Source: Promethearchaeota archaeon (GTDB lineage: Archaea; Asgardarchaeota; Lokiarchaeia; Sigyniarchaeales; SOKP01). Taken from it: 28,386 nucleotides of DNA. Position 1 is the stretch's first letter, and each line of letters opens with the position of its first letter. The notes beneath the pieces are model-generated. The model was given only the letters and a program-made list of their open reading frames with translations, had not been told where the DNA came from and searched no databases. Below are positions 28,277 through 28,386 of this stretch, piece by piece. The translations under genes and the position numbers were made by a program. The stretch lies in assembly GCA_016926735.1 (NCBI GenBank), contig JAFGOA010000234.1, positions 1 to 28,386 on the forward strand, given 5' to 3'.

Positions 28277-28278
28277 AT

Positions 28279-28386
28279 TTAGAGCAGAATGCCATGTCCT
28301 TTACAGTACTTCGTAATTATGTGATATTCATCCGAAATCATCTTTATCTTGAATTTTCTGGATGATGGATGGATATCCAAAACTTG
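28279..28386 (-). CDS. 3' end of an ORF entering from outside the window (possible transposase C-terminus)
   Basis: Open frame QVLDIHPSSRKFKIKMISDEYHIITKYCKGHGILL*, running through the putative inverted repeat. Confidence 0.4.
   Translation of the reverse strand, partial: QVLDIHPSSRKFKIKMISDEYHIITKYCKGHGILL
28304..28386 (-). mobile_element. probable end of an ISH3-family insertion sequence (partial)
   Basis: CAGTACTTCGTAAT at 28304 resembles, from memory, CAGTA-type ISH3 terminal repeats; the ORF reads …ITKY into it; local GC content rises. The other end is outside the window. Confidence 0.45.

Overview
Very AT-rich archaeal window. Gene content and protein style point to an Asgard archaeon (Lokiarchaeia-like); this is an inference from archaeal lipid genes, the uL11-uL1-uL10-P1 cluster, a stand-alone SecY/Sec61alpha, an LRR-TIR protein and methanopterin genes. 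From left to right: a ~700 nt structured non-coding region with four tRNA-like cloverleaves whose anticodon arms are aberrant; a membrane protein; a SagB-type nitroreductase; an LRR-TIR protein; a Mut7-C RNase; a tetrahydromethanopterin biosynthesis cluster; an EVE protein; a response regulator; a PurM/HypE-like gene; ether-lipid genes; secY; the ribosomal stalk operon; thi4; a B12 radical SAM enzyme; adk; aroD; a tautomerase; and a probable IS end. The strongest finding is that the PurM/HypE-like gene is split by a 29-nt insert (12420-12448) folded into a canonical bulge-helix-bulge (BHB) motif. Cleavage at the standard BHB positions restores one 465-aa frame (…GFHV-T-RATLRD…), which makes it a candidate tRNA-endonuclease-spliced mRNA intron in a gene other than cbf5. 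All product calls come from reading motifs by eye; no database searches were run.
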